This document shows positions 23,919 to 35,700 of a DNA stretch of 49,443 nucleotides, piece by piece. This DNA is from Phoronis australis. Its lineage: Eukaryota > Animalia > Phoronida. The stretch spans positions 70,472 through 119,914 of the forward strand of contig NMRA01000855.1 of the NCBI GenBank assembly GCA_002633005.1, given 5' to 3'. The notes below the pieces were generated by a model. That model was given only the letters and a program-made list of their open reading frames with translations. It was not told where the DNA came from and did not search any database. Positions within the stretch are counted from its first letter, which is position 1; each line of letters starts with the position of its first letter. Both the position numbers and the translations under genes were made by a program.

Positions 23919-24439
23919 AAACATTACTATGTAGTCTCAATTTAGAAACCGGTCACTATGGGCGCCGGTCTAACCCACAGGCACCTTTATCAGCTGATAA
24001 AGCCTGAAGGCCCTGAAGTTCTGAAGAGTGACTCGGAAGGTGCCTGGCTGTGGTCTAACCACATGCCTTGAAACCAATTCGTAACCTGTAGCTTATTGCA
24101 GTCAGTGTACCAACTACTTACCAGAGGTTAGTTTGTAAGAGGCTATTGATGGGTTATTATGAGTGATGAACTCCTGGAAAATGGTGTTCTAACCACAAGA
24201 AATCTAAACAAGAAGAGTGCTAAACTACAGACTCCTACCGTGGTAACCTTTGGGTTTGTGAATGACCCAGTGCTACTAGTGTCACATGACTGCCGAGGGT
24301 GACCTCTAGCGACGGAAGGTGAAAATGTGAAACTGAAAATATTCACCTGGTACAGAAAGACATGCTCTCGGTACAGTATACCTTTCACCTGCAAATAGTT
24401 ATTTAAAGACAGGTTGCATGACTAATCCTGTACCAGCGA

Positions 24440-24700
24440 CAGTGAAAACATGTTACTGTAAAGTCCCGTTTCACTGACCTTTGCCCATTTATCGTTAGAG
24501 GTCGCGTCGTCTAGCGCCGCCGCCATCGAGGTGACGTTTCAGCTGTTTGGACTGCTTAGCAAGTGTCACGTTCCTCCTCCTCCAGAACGGAGATTATGAT
24601 GAGTGAAATCCGCGGTTTGTTGTGCTTGATTTTAATGATTCACGTTAAGTTGTCTTGCGTCATTGTTATAATTTGCCGTTGTTTTACTCAGTGCTGTCGC
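24440..24700. promoter_or_regulatory. Putative bidirectional promoter CRYL1(-)/GCC2(+)
   Basis: The most CpG-dense patch between the two divergent coding starts (22670 and 26718), both of which sit in exons preceded by splice acceptors; contains a CGCCGCCATC (YY1-like) motif and GTGACGT/GTCACGT (CRE-like) half sites. Confidence 0.55.
24479..24526 (-). other. CRYL1: Putative CRYL1 upstream first exon carrying an ATG (MAAALDDATSNDKWAK)
   Basis: CpG-rich patch with ATGGCGGCGGCG at 24526 and donor AAG/gtcagt at 24478. Confidence 0.5.
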
Positions 24701-24704
24701 CACT

Positions 24705-24828
24705 GTCTATATTTATAATCAGCCCCTCCACATCGTGGAGGGGCTGATTATAAATATAGACTGATTTCTATAATATTATTAATTAATATCGTGGAGGCTC
24801 CACGATATTAATTAATAATATTATAGAA
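24705..24828. repeat. Two adjacent perfect palindromes (27-bp arms, 3-nt loop; 31-bp arms, 1-nt centre)
   Basis: 24705-24731/24735-24761 and 24766-24796/24798-24828 are exact reverse complements. Confidence 0.97.
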
Positions 24829-25781
24829 TCTCGTTATTATACTTATAGTGTAACGTGGAGGAGCTGATTAAAGGTACCTGTGGTGCTGTGTGACTCAGTT
24901 AGACTCACATAGGCAATTACACTGCGGCGTCCACACGCAGGCGTTAGTATACTAGTAACCCCTTAAAACGACTTACTGGTACTCATTTCAAAATACAGCA
25001 AATAACTTCAAATGAGACATAATTGAAGTGTCCATGAAAATCTGAGTGCCATTTTGAGGAACCTGTTCATGGGCGGCGCAGCACTGAAATAAGTGGAGGA
25101 CTTTAGCCCCCCAACCCTTATGGTGTGCTGCCAATGCTGTTGAAGTCCAAGGGACACATTAATCTTACAAATTTCACCGGATATCTTCCCATGCTACTTT
25201 TTGAAAGTGCTGCCCACCACTCAAGGGCTTCGTTGAGTCTCGCATTTGTAATTGCCTATCTCGCGCGATGTCAACTGGAATACTTTAGTGGTTATCACAT
25301 GCACTGAAAATGTTAACGGCAACCAAAAAGTGAAGTTGGAATTGTTTGCATAAGTCATCTTGATTAACATGCTTCATCAAGGTTAATGTATAGTACCAGA
25401 AAGGATTGCTTTTTTGAGTGTAAAATGTATTCCGTAATCGTATTTTGGCTACCGCTTGTTTAAATTTCATGAGATGAGATTAGTACAGAAACTGGGGAGT
25501 GTTGTAGTCCCTGTGTAGCCGTGTAAAGGGGTTTGTGTTGCCTATTGTAGACAGTTCCACTGTCTCAACAGGCCCCAGGTATACAGTGGCAATCCCAGAG
25601 GACTGCCTTACATTGGAAGCTTTTCAATGAATTACGTATGCCTCACAATGATTAAACCATCCAAGTCATATTGCTATAAGTACTTTTTCCACATAGCAGG
25701 ACACCTCAGTAAGCGGTTGATGTCCTCAACTTTCATTTTTTTCGTACTGTCTTTCGTTCAGTTGCCCAAATTGCCAACTGG

Positions 25782-25811
25782 CATATACATATACATATAC
25801 ATATATATATA
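25782..25811. repeat. (CATATA)n/(TA)n microsatellite
   Basis: catatacatatacatatacatatatatatat. Confidence 0.85.
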
Positions 25812-26717
25812 TCATGGTTTGGCTACCTGGAGCTTTCCAATGTGACTTCAGATTGTGTTTGGTGACCTCAGTTTGTGTTTGGCGACTTTGATTTTTGGAA
25901 CTTGCATATGCGTCAAGCACTGTACGTGTACATAATATGTTAGGCTTCATTGGGTTGGCAGTGTTAGCTTCCTTTGTTGGACTCGTGTACCATGTGAGAT
26001 AGTGTGCATCGGTCTGTGTCATTATTGTCATTTGTTTTGAAATTGGCAGCGGCGTGACCTTCAGTAGTGGGGTTGTCAATGTCATTGTTTTCAATACTTT
26101 TGTATTGCGGTGTGTATTTGGCATTGGCGTGGTCTTCGATGTCATGCTTGTCCTTGGTAAAACTGTTGGTGTCCAAGCATGAGGGTCATCATCTGTGGAG
26201 ATCATGATCACCCTTCGGGTGCCTCTGCTTTAGTTAGCTTGACTAAGTGTGACTAAGTGTTGCTCTTAAGAGCACTTTCATCTTGCTTCTTACGCAAGTT
26301 AGAAGTAGTCTCAGCAGTGCTCGCAAAGAGGAATGACCTGAACGCTTATGAGCTGGGTCTGAACAAAACAAAGTTATACAATAGAAACTTAACTACTCAA
26401 AAGGCAAGATGGTGTACTATCTGTTTTGCTTCAAATTTCCCAGAAATTGTGGAAATGAACAATTTGGCCCAGTCACTGATACATGTATGATATGTGCATG
26501 TGAAACACTTGAACAAAAAAATATTGAATAGATGTATTAGAAGTGTAATGCAACATTAATTTTTTCTGTAGTTTCTAGTTACATAATTAAATATAATAAA
26601 AAATCTGAGGCTGCTCCACTTAACACTTTGATACACTGAGTATTTCTCTTTAGATCTGAAATCATTTAATTCATCAAGACCATTTTTTATTTAGGTTATC
26701 TGACGAACTGAATCGAC

Positions 26718-26750
26718 ATGGCTGAGTCAACTCCAAAAGCAGGATCAAAG
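26718..26750 (+). CDS. GCC2: GCC2 first coding exon (MAESTPKAGSK; exon starts 26695)
   Basis: GACATGG Kozak context, acceptor ttttttatttag, donor AAG/gttggt. Confidence 0.8.
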
Positions 26751-29700
26751 GTTGGTAACTATGTCCTGGTTATGACTTTCTTTATTCGTCAATTTGGGGG
26801 ATTTTGTCTATGGCATTGTTGTTTCTCAAATGCATTATGGGACGGTTGCCTGCTCGTAACCATGCAGTGAAATTGCAGGTACTCGTGGACATGTATTCTT
26901 GATTTATAACTTACTTCTTAGGTGGTGTTTTAGGTAGTTGCCAACTACATGTGATCTATTCGTGCCTTGAGAACCTTTTGTATGAAATATTTGCTAATCC
27001 GTATGTTATTTTGGTTGCTCACTTTTATTATTTTCCTTCCTCAATGCACTTGAAAATTGTCAACAGTGCTGTAGATGAAATCTTTGAATCCACAACCATA
27101 CACTGAGCTACGGTTTTACACAATTTCAGACCAAAATACTCGCTAAAATTACCTTTTTTCATTTATCAAGCTTTAACATTGTTGTGAATGCCCATAATTT
27201 TTCAAAGTACTTTCTGGTAGTAGCTTTGGTTCAGAACTTTGGAAGCTCTGAGTCAGATTCCTATGGATAGCGTCCCATTCAAGACGTGTTTGGCCAAAGA
27301 TGCCCGTTTCTGCATATCCTCCATATAATTAATCAAGATTTTAGGATAAGCTTGGACATTCTGTAGACAAGTTTGGTGAGATAGGACATATGGGAAGGAA
27401 ATTACTGGATCGTGGTTTTGGTCGTTTTCCTGAATTTTGGCTTCAAGTTTATTAAGCTTTGGTTGAAGAGGCTCGACGTGTTCACATAAAACGTTTTACA
27501 TTCTAGTTCTAATTTGAATCTCGATTGTTTTTAACAGTTGGACAGCCTTCCCAGAGAAGACCTGGTCAAGTTTGTTAAGAAACAGACTTTCTTACTGCAG
27601 AAAACAAAGGCAAAATGTGATGGTGAGTCTCCCACACTGTGTTAGTGTGATTGTAAAATGAACAGTAGTTATGTTTCTCCATGTTTATTGAAAGCTTTAA
27701 AATATGAGTGTATGTCTAGAAGCTATTTTTTCATTTCGTATCATTCCTGAACAAGCTAATATACTAAAAGTTTTGTTGTTCCTGAACTAACGAGAAAATA
27801 TACTAGCTTTGTTGTGTATTATTTATAGGCATCAACTGTCATATACTTTCCCTGATTTTCCTTTTTTTCAGAGTTGACGCTGCAAGTCGAATCACTTAAA
27901 AATTCAGCTGGTCATTCTCAAGATGATTCTAGGGTAAGAATTGGTTCCCACTAGAATTGTATCAATAGACTGTGCTCTTGATCCAATCCGATTTTTAGTA
28001 ACTAAAACTAAAACCGGTGCATTCCGCAAATGATCTTGCGGTGCACATGCCTATGTTTCATGCTAATGTCTTTCTATGAAAGTCACAACTTAGGGGTCTT
28101 TTTGAATCGTCTCCTGAAAACACCTGCATTAATTTCCTCAAATGCAACAAGGTCCCCTGCCAGATTGAAGCAGGTTGTTGAACATCATGATCTGAAACGT
28201 GCCAGGTTTGGTTTCCAGCATGTGTTCTCATTAATTTATTAAGATGTTTTGTTTTCTGTCCAAGGTTAAGACTTGCATAATGTCTGGTGTGGTGTTGTGC
28301 TTGATAAAGGTTGTTAGTGAGCTGTGAGGTTGCCATGTTGGCTTACATATGGTTTATAAAAACATCAAAAATGTCTGGCTCCACCATCTTGGGATACACA
28401 GGAGGTGGATCCACTCACTGTAGTCCCTGGCCAGTTTAAAATCACTGACTGCAACTTGAGATATGACCAGACGTGTGGATAGATCATATGCTCAAAGCCG
28501 TTGAAGGCATTGTCTTTCTTTTTGACCTATTTTTTACTGCTGGTTTGTTTGTAGACTGTTTAAATTATCATCACACATCTCATTTTTTCTTTTCTGTTAT
28601 GTTTTAGTCCACAGAAGTGTCAGAGGAGTTGTCAAAACTACAAGATGAAAATACAAGTTTACGTGCTGCTCATGAGGTGGCGCAAAAGCAGTCTGCAGAA
28701 CAAATGGCAGAAATGGATGAGAAACTACAGAATGTTCTGCGGCAAAATAAGGTTTGCTGTTGTATTAACACTGAGTCGAAATGCTTTATCTTTTTATTTA
28801 GGGACCAGATTGTAAAACGACTTCTTGGCAGGTGAAGTTCTCCTGAGCAATTTGTTGAGTGATATTCAAAACAGCCCCGAGTTTTAGCTGGCTAAGTCTA
28901 AGTATGAAGATGGAATCTCTGGCTTATTTGTATTCACATTAGAAAAATGTCTGTGCCTATTAGTATATAGATCAAGTGAGGTCACTTGAAGCTGAGTGGG
29001 TTGAATTTATTGCAGATTTCTAAAGTTTCTGTATTTTATCATTTATAAATAAATGCACAGTTAGCTAATGTCAGATAAGATCCTCAAAAAACCATCAAAG
29101 ATTCTTAGTTGGCACGCACCTCCAAATTCAGTCAAAAGTGTTGATGCAGCCATGAAATATAATGAGAACTGCGGACTTCCAATAGTCTCGCACTGAACTA
29201 TGGGGCTTGTCTAGTAATTAGCGCATTTGGATGATTCAAGATGCATGTGAAACACTGACATCAAGAGGTGATTGCGTGTTGTACATGTAGACAGTCTTTT
29301 GAGTAGTTGTGTTATGTGCCTTATTCCCAAGTGGCATGTTGATTTAGAGTGTAAAATACAGAAATCTTGATAATCCAAGCAGGTTAAATGATTTACAGTG
29401 CCAGTGAAAATGTTCGATTTTTAGAGACTTCACCTTCAGTTTTTTAAATTTTGTCATGGTTTGCATCTGACAGGCCATGGAAGAAGAAATCGAATGTCTG
29501 AAAATGAAAGATACGACACTTACGTCTACTTTACAATGCATGCAAGAGGAACAACGACGGTGGGCTGAGGAGAGTCAAGTAGGTTTACAATGCTAAATCT
29601 TTGTGGCAATAGTTGCAGAACTTTTTTGCCAGGTAATTCTTTCAAATATTGCTTGATACTGATATTCCAAAGTCCATTGCAAGAACATGACATTGTGGAA

Positions 29701-32700
29701 ACCTTTTAACCAGACATTCTCTCATGCATGCACACTTTAGGGGCAAGATTACAATTTTTAAGGTCATAAAAGAACCATAGGGGTCCATTTACTGTTGAAT
29801 TTGAGAAATTCACACTTGTTATAATAAAATGTATTTTTCTGTGTTATAATATTCTTTTGCAGATTTCAAACTTTTTTTTTAAACCAGTGAGACGTGTTCT
29901 TAATCTTTGAATATGGTTATCATTAAAGTTATTAGCAGGTTGAATGTATTGTGACCATTATGCATGCCAAAAACAACATCTGTCCAATTTAGACCTGAAG
30001 ACAAATTTACATTTTGATTGATCCAACTGCAGAACTTGACCTTGAACTTTGTCTCAAATATCTTGCTTGGATAACTGAGCTGGAATGGCATAAGTCCTGT
30101 CTTGGTAGAGGAAGTTGGAGAGAGAGAGAGTTCAATATTATGTAGTCGTAAGATGAACTTGTTCTAAGAAAGAGACTAATTACATTTTTATGTATGCTAC
30201 ATTCTCTCACTTCTTTTATGGAAATGTAGATCTCGAGTAAACATATGAATCCTCGAAGACGAAAATATTTATTACTTCTTCTTAAGATGTCTCATAATCA
30301 TTTATAAATACGCATCATTTTTGTGAAAATTATATGTTGCACTTTGCTTTAATTGCAAATTTCTAAGAAAACCTAAGTGGCAGTTGACTTCGTGTAATGG
30401 AGCAATGACACTGGCTTTAAAGATGTATTTGCATGTATAGAAGGAACTTAAGGGCAATGCTATTTGAACACCATCTATGCTAAACGAAGTGCAGTTGTAT
30501 TCATTGACAACTTGTAAATGTGAAAACAAAAAATTCTGCAAATAGGTGATCTTTGCAATTATGACGTACCGCATTATACAGTGTTGTTCTCCAACACCAC
30601 GTCACAATACTTACTGGACACAGTTGACTGATTTACGGCAGATCATTTTCGACACAAAACTCGTTCCTAAAAAATTTGGCAATTTTCAGCGTACTTCATA
30701 TTCACATCGTCGCTTTATGTTGTGTGTCTAACTAATTTGACCAAGCAATCGCAGAAATAAGGAATTAGCGTGCAAGTTCTCCGTTAAGAATTTATTAGAA
30801 ATGAATGCCTTTGTGTGTTATTTTTTCTCCAATATAGGCATATACCAATATTTTGGGTTGTTGACTTATAACATTCATGAATGTAATTACATTTGCATCT
30901 AGAATCCTATCTTTCCATGAAAATGAAAACCACATTAGTCCCACTATTGTGACATGAATGTATGCAATGAATAGACGTAAGTGTCGAGTAGCGGACAGTA
31001 GAAAGCTGCATACAAATATTGTACTGTGAACATCGTCAAAATATTTAATATATTCTAGTGGAAAGAAAGCCCTTCATAATTACAGACACTTGTATTGCAG
31101 GAATGGAAAGATCAAGTTGAAGTCCTCACATTAGCCAGAGACAATGCTTTGGATGCGCTGAAGGCCATGCAGGTTACCAAGTCAGAGTCGGACAGAGCTG
31201 ATGACAACAATAGCAAGGAAGAGATAGATCATTTGAATAGGCTCCTTGAGGTAACTCCTTGTAGAAGCTCTTGGACATATATGACATGGACTAGTACCTT
31301 AATGTTAAGTTTGGTGATGAAGTTCATAGCAAGAGTCGTGTAAGTTGGAGAAAATGCAGTGGAACACTGGATTTCCCATTTTTTGCAGCATCCTGGTGTG
31401 ATTGTTAATGTGAAGGTTTGGTTATTTCAGGGAAAATGCGTGATTAGATTCACAGGCAAAAGTTAGCTTTAATTTTGTCATTTCTTGTGTAGTAATATTG
31501 TTCCAGTGCCTTTTCTGTTTGATAAATTTAGAGGATCCTAGTCAAGTTGACATTTTAAATACGTGGGTTTTCAAGAAATTGGATGGATTCCCCCGTCCTC
31601 ACAAGTAATGAAAATTTACTCTGGACAGTCCAAGTTTATTGACCTTCAAATACAGATTATCCTGTTTCACTGTGACGGTGGGTGTTTGCCTGTCCCAGCG
31701 CTGGGCAATTTGAACATATTAACTTGTAAAAAGATTGTACATGGGATACCAAAGTCCCATGTTCAGTATCATAAGACTTAAAGTGCAAGGAAGACACAAA
31801 TGCCATTTCCATGGTGACTAGACTTCCAAATGTTTCTGATCTGTATATCCACACCAGTTCTCAAGATTTACATGACGTAATATTGCCACAACCAATCAAA
31901 GCCACGAATGCCAAGGTATGCCAGTTGATCCAAGCAGATTGACATCAGTCCGTCAATGGCATAGTACCTGACATTGTGCTCTGCGGCTGTATAAATTTAA
32001 TACCATCTCATGTTCTACTGGACTATCAACCATGAAATACAGCTGCACTAATTCTGCGTTTGCACAATATGCAATTCACCAGCTCTAATTCTAGTCTTGT
32101 ACAAACATCGTTTAAGAGCATTATTCCGAGTTACAGGAAGGTAGCGTAAAGCTCACTTTTTGTGATTTTTTAGAATATGAAAGCATTAATTTTGGATAAT
32201 TCATGTTAGCCAAATACCATCATATAGTTCACTCTTTCTTGTAGGAAAAAAGTCAACATGTTGTCAGTTTAGAGAAGGAAATTTCAACTTTAAAAGGAAC
32301 CATCCAAACGCTTGAAGATTCAGTGCAGTCAGTGACAAGGTTGTCCTCAGACCTGGAACTGGCCAATAGTCAACTAGCAGAGATGTCGACTCGATACAGT
32401 CTTTGCGCACAAGAGAAAGACAATTTTGAATTAATTGCTAAAGATAAGGAGTTGGAAAGTGTACGACTGAATGGTGAAGTGGAACGACTGCAGAGTGAAA
32501 ACAGTTCATCAAGTAAACAGTTGACTGAGTTAGAACAGTCTTCAGCAGGTTTAAAGTCTGATCTTAGTCAATCTCTTGAGGACAAAGAAAAGTTAAGTTT
32601 ACTAGTGCAAGAACTTGAGAGTGAACTGAAAACTGCTCAAGAATCTGTCCATTTGTCTGAAGATGTTGCCCAGTCTTTAAAAACTGAACTGGCTGCAAGA

Positions 32701-35700
32701 ACTGCTGACATTGACAATTTGAAGAAAAGCGAGATTCTGAAAACTGAGTCAATAGGAAAGTTAGAGAACCAAATCTCAGACTACGCTGCAAATGTTGAAA
32801 AATATCAGTCTCTTTGCCAGAAGTATGAAAATTCTGATGCGGAACTTAGAGCGCAGATTGCTGAATTGGAAACCACTAACGTGCATCTTAAAGAAGAGTT
32901 GGATAATGGTGGTCTTCATGAACAGTCGAATAGTGAAAGTTTGAACAGAGTTGCCTCCGAGCTTGAAGCACTGCGTCAAAAGCATGTAGAACTTCTCACT
33001 GTTCATGAAAACTGTGGTAAAAGTGAAAGTGAACTGAAGAGAAGTGTAGCTGAAGTAACGGAGGAGAGCAGTAAACTGAAAGAGCAATTGAGTGAATGGG
33101 AAAGCATGATACAGATGATGAAAGATGATCAAGAGAAAACATCTGAAGAGCTCTTTGGTGCGGAAGAACGCGAGGTTTCATGCCGTCGAGACTTAGATGA
33201 GGTGACATCTGCTTTGCAAGAAGCTCTCAATGAAAGAGATGTTCTCAGAGAGGAACTCTGCAAATTTAAAGATGGCAGTGCTGCGTTGGAAATGGAGGTC
33301 AGTAAATTGAAGGAAATGGTTGACAGTCTTAAGAAAGAAAGGGATGACATAAAGGATGTGAATTACAAAAATGAGGTCCGTATGGAAGTCTTGGAGAAGC
33401 AATTTTCAGAGTCAAGTATATGTAATGCTGATATCTCAGAAATGCAGCAGTCTTTAATTGAATTGGAGAGTAAGCAAGCAATTTTTCTGATTGAAAAAGA
33501 AAGTTTAGTGCAACAAATAGAGCAGCTGAAACTAGCTGAAAACAAAGCAGAAGGCGTCATAGATGAAAGCAAATCCACTATCCAGACACTCGAGAAAGAA
33601 GTTGGTGAAAATAAGCTTAAACTTGAACAATTGCTGTATGAACTTAGTGACAGTAAAAGTCTTGTGGATACTCTTAAAGAAGGAGAAGTTATACTGGTAG
33701 ATCGATTTAATGCCTGTAAAGCTGAAAAGGAGAGCCTTGTCGGCAGGCTTGGAGAGCTGGAGTATTTATGTAGCGAGCAGAAGGGCCATGTGGAGGAACT
33801 TGAGAGCCAGTTAAAAGTGGTCTCTGAAAGTGGTGACCATCAAAAGTCTAACAGCAGAGTTGAGTCACTAACAGAGAAGGTGAAGGTCTTAGAGGACGAG
33901 AAGGAAGAACTTCAATCTCTTCTGGAAGCAGAAATTTTTAGGGTCAAAGAAGTTGAGAAGCTGAAAATGGAATGTGTGGAGAAGCTTGAAGATACTCTGA
34001 GTGCTAAAGATTCCCTACAACAACTGTGTGATAGTAGTACAAAACAAATACAGGACCTTAGTGTTGAAATTCAGGCTCTTAAGAAATCAGAGGCTGGCCA
34101 TTTAGAGCTGAATGACAAGCTGCAGTCTGAAATCGAGGAGTTTCATGTGAAACTGAATGAAAAAACAAAAGCATTTGACGAGCTTAGAGAGTGCAATGAA
34201 ATGAAATTCACTGAGGCTCAGAAACAGTGTGAAGAGGAGTCGACACGAAAGATTGAGCTTGAGAAGACAGTTGTAGAGTTGCAGAAGGAACTATTAGAAG
34301 AGCGAAGTAACCTGGAGCAAGTGCAAAGAGAGTTACAAAAGACACTGGAGCATATGGAATGTGTTAAGAATGGCCAGACAGCTTCAAGCCAGGAGTTGAC
34401 CTCACTACAACAGGAGGTCATAAGTTTAAAGTCATTGAAGTCAGAAATTGAACAAAAATTGTGTGAAAGTGAAACTGCCTTAGAAAAAAGAGAACAAGAG
34501 AATCAGCAACTTGTTAAGAAATACAACAAAGAGATTAGTGACCTGAAGATTGAAGTCTCGGCATTGAAAGAAAACCTCTCTTCAAGTTATGCCTCTTTTG
34601 AGTCTGTTAAAGCCGATAATGAAAGCCTCAGTGGTGCAGTGACAAACTTGAAGGAACAATTGAAAAATGAAGGTGCAAAATATACTGACTTAATGGGTGA
34701 ATTTGAAGACGTTAGTGCAAAATTTCGCTCTTTGCAAGCTTTGTATGATAAGTTCAGCGCAGAGCAGGAGGAGGAGGAAGAGCATGAAGAAAAGGTGAGT
34801 CATCAACTGAAACGTGAAAAGGAAGACATTGAGTCTCAACTGAGATCAGTTTCTGAAGAGCTGAGCAACCTCAAGGCAGAGTCTGGGGAACAATGTGAGC
34901 AACTTAAGAAGACGATTGAAGATCTTAGTGTGGAGTTGGTAGGTGAAAGGCAGTTCAAAGATGAGCTGATTGAGAAGGTCAAGGAAGGTGATGAGGTTGT
35001 TGATGGACTCAGACGTGAGAGAGAAGTGTTGAGCCAGCAATGTGAAGGACTGAAGAAGGATATTGAGCTGCTTAAGATGACATCAGATGAAGAAGTTAAG
35101 TCTGCTAATCTTGAGGCGGAAAAACTTCAAAAGGTAAATTTTAATGTGCAAAGTTGATATTTTTCAAGTTATTGATGTCATCTCCACAGTTTAATTACTC
35201 TGCGCGTGTAAGCGCAGAGTACTGTTGTTCCTGGGTTTTCTTCAATTTTATTACTCTGCGCGTGTAAGTGCAGAGTACTGTTGTTCCTGGGTTTTCTTCA
35301 ATTTTATTACTCTGCGCGTGTAAGTGCAGAGTACTGTTGTTCCTGGGTTTTCTTCTATTTCATTCTTATTCTTATTCTTCTTCCGACCAATTTTTGACAC
35401 TTAATAACTCCAAAATGGTTGCAGGTATGTCCTTCAAGTTTAACATATGATTTTAGGCAGTATATAAATTTTGATTAGTGATATATTCATATTCAATAAT
35501 GCACCGGAAGAGGTCATTTGGTGCAATGGTCATGTAATTTTCGAAATGCTACTCCTTCTTTATTTCAAAAGCTTTTCTTTTCAAATTCGGTACACAGGTA
35601 TAAGTCAATAAGGCAATTAAAAAATTTACTTTTCTAAGTAATCGGGTCATCCAATCATGTGAAATGGGTCATCCAATCATGTGAAATAGGTCAAAGGTCA

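Noticed and set aside
25726-26490. T/P/N-rich ORFs that might be a retroelement ORF1 or a nested gene
   Set aside because: Frames are interrupted, there is no recognisable domain, and one runs through a microsatellite; possibly a decayed element but unsupported.
32564-35040. Multiple minus-strand ORFs opposite the giant exon
   Set aside because: Antisense shadows of E/K/Q-rich codons giving S/F/L-rich junk.
32323-35157. 944-aa ORF as a stand-alone gene (SMC/myosin/tape-measure-like)
   Set aside because: It is an internal GCC2 exon bounded by splice sites at 32245 and 35133; the listed start is a GTG and the tail runs into the intron.
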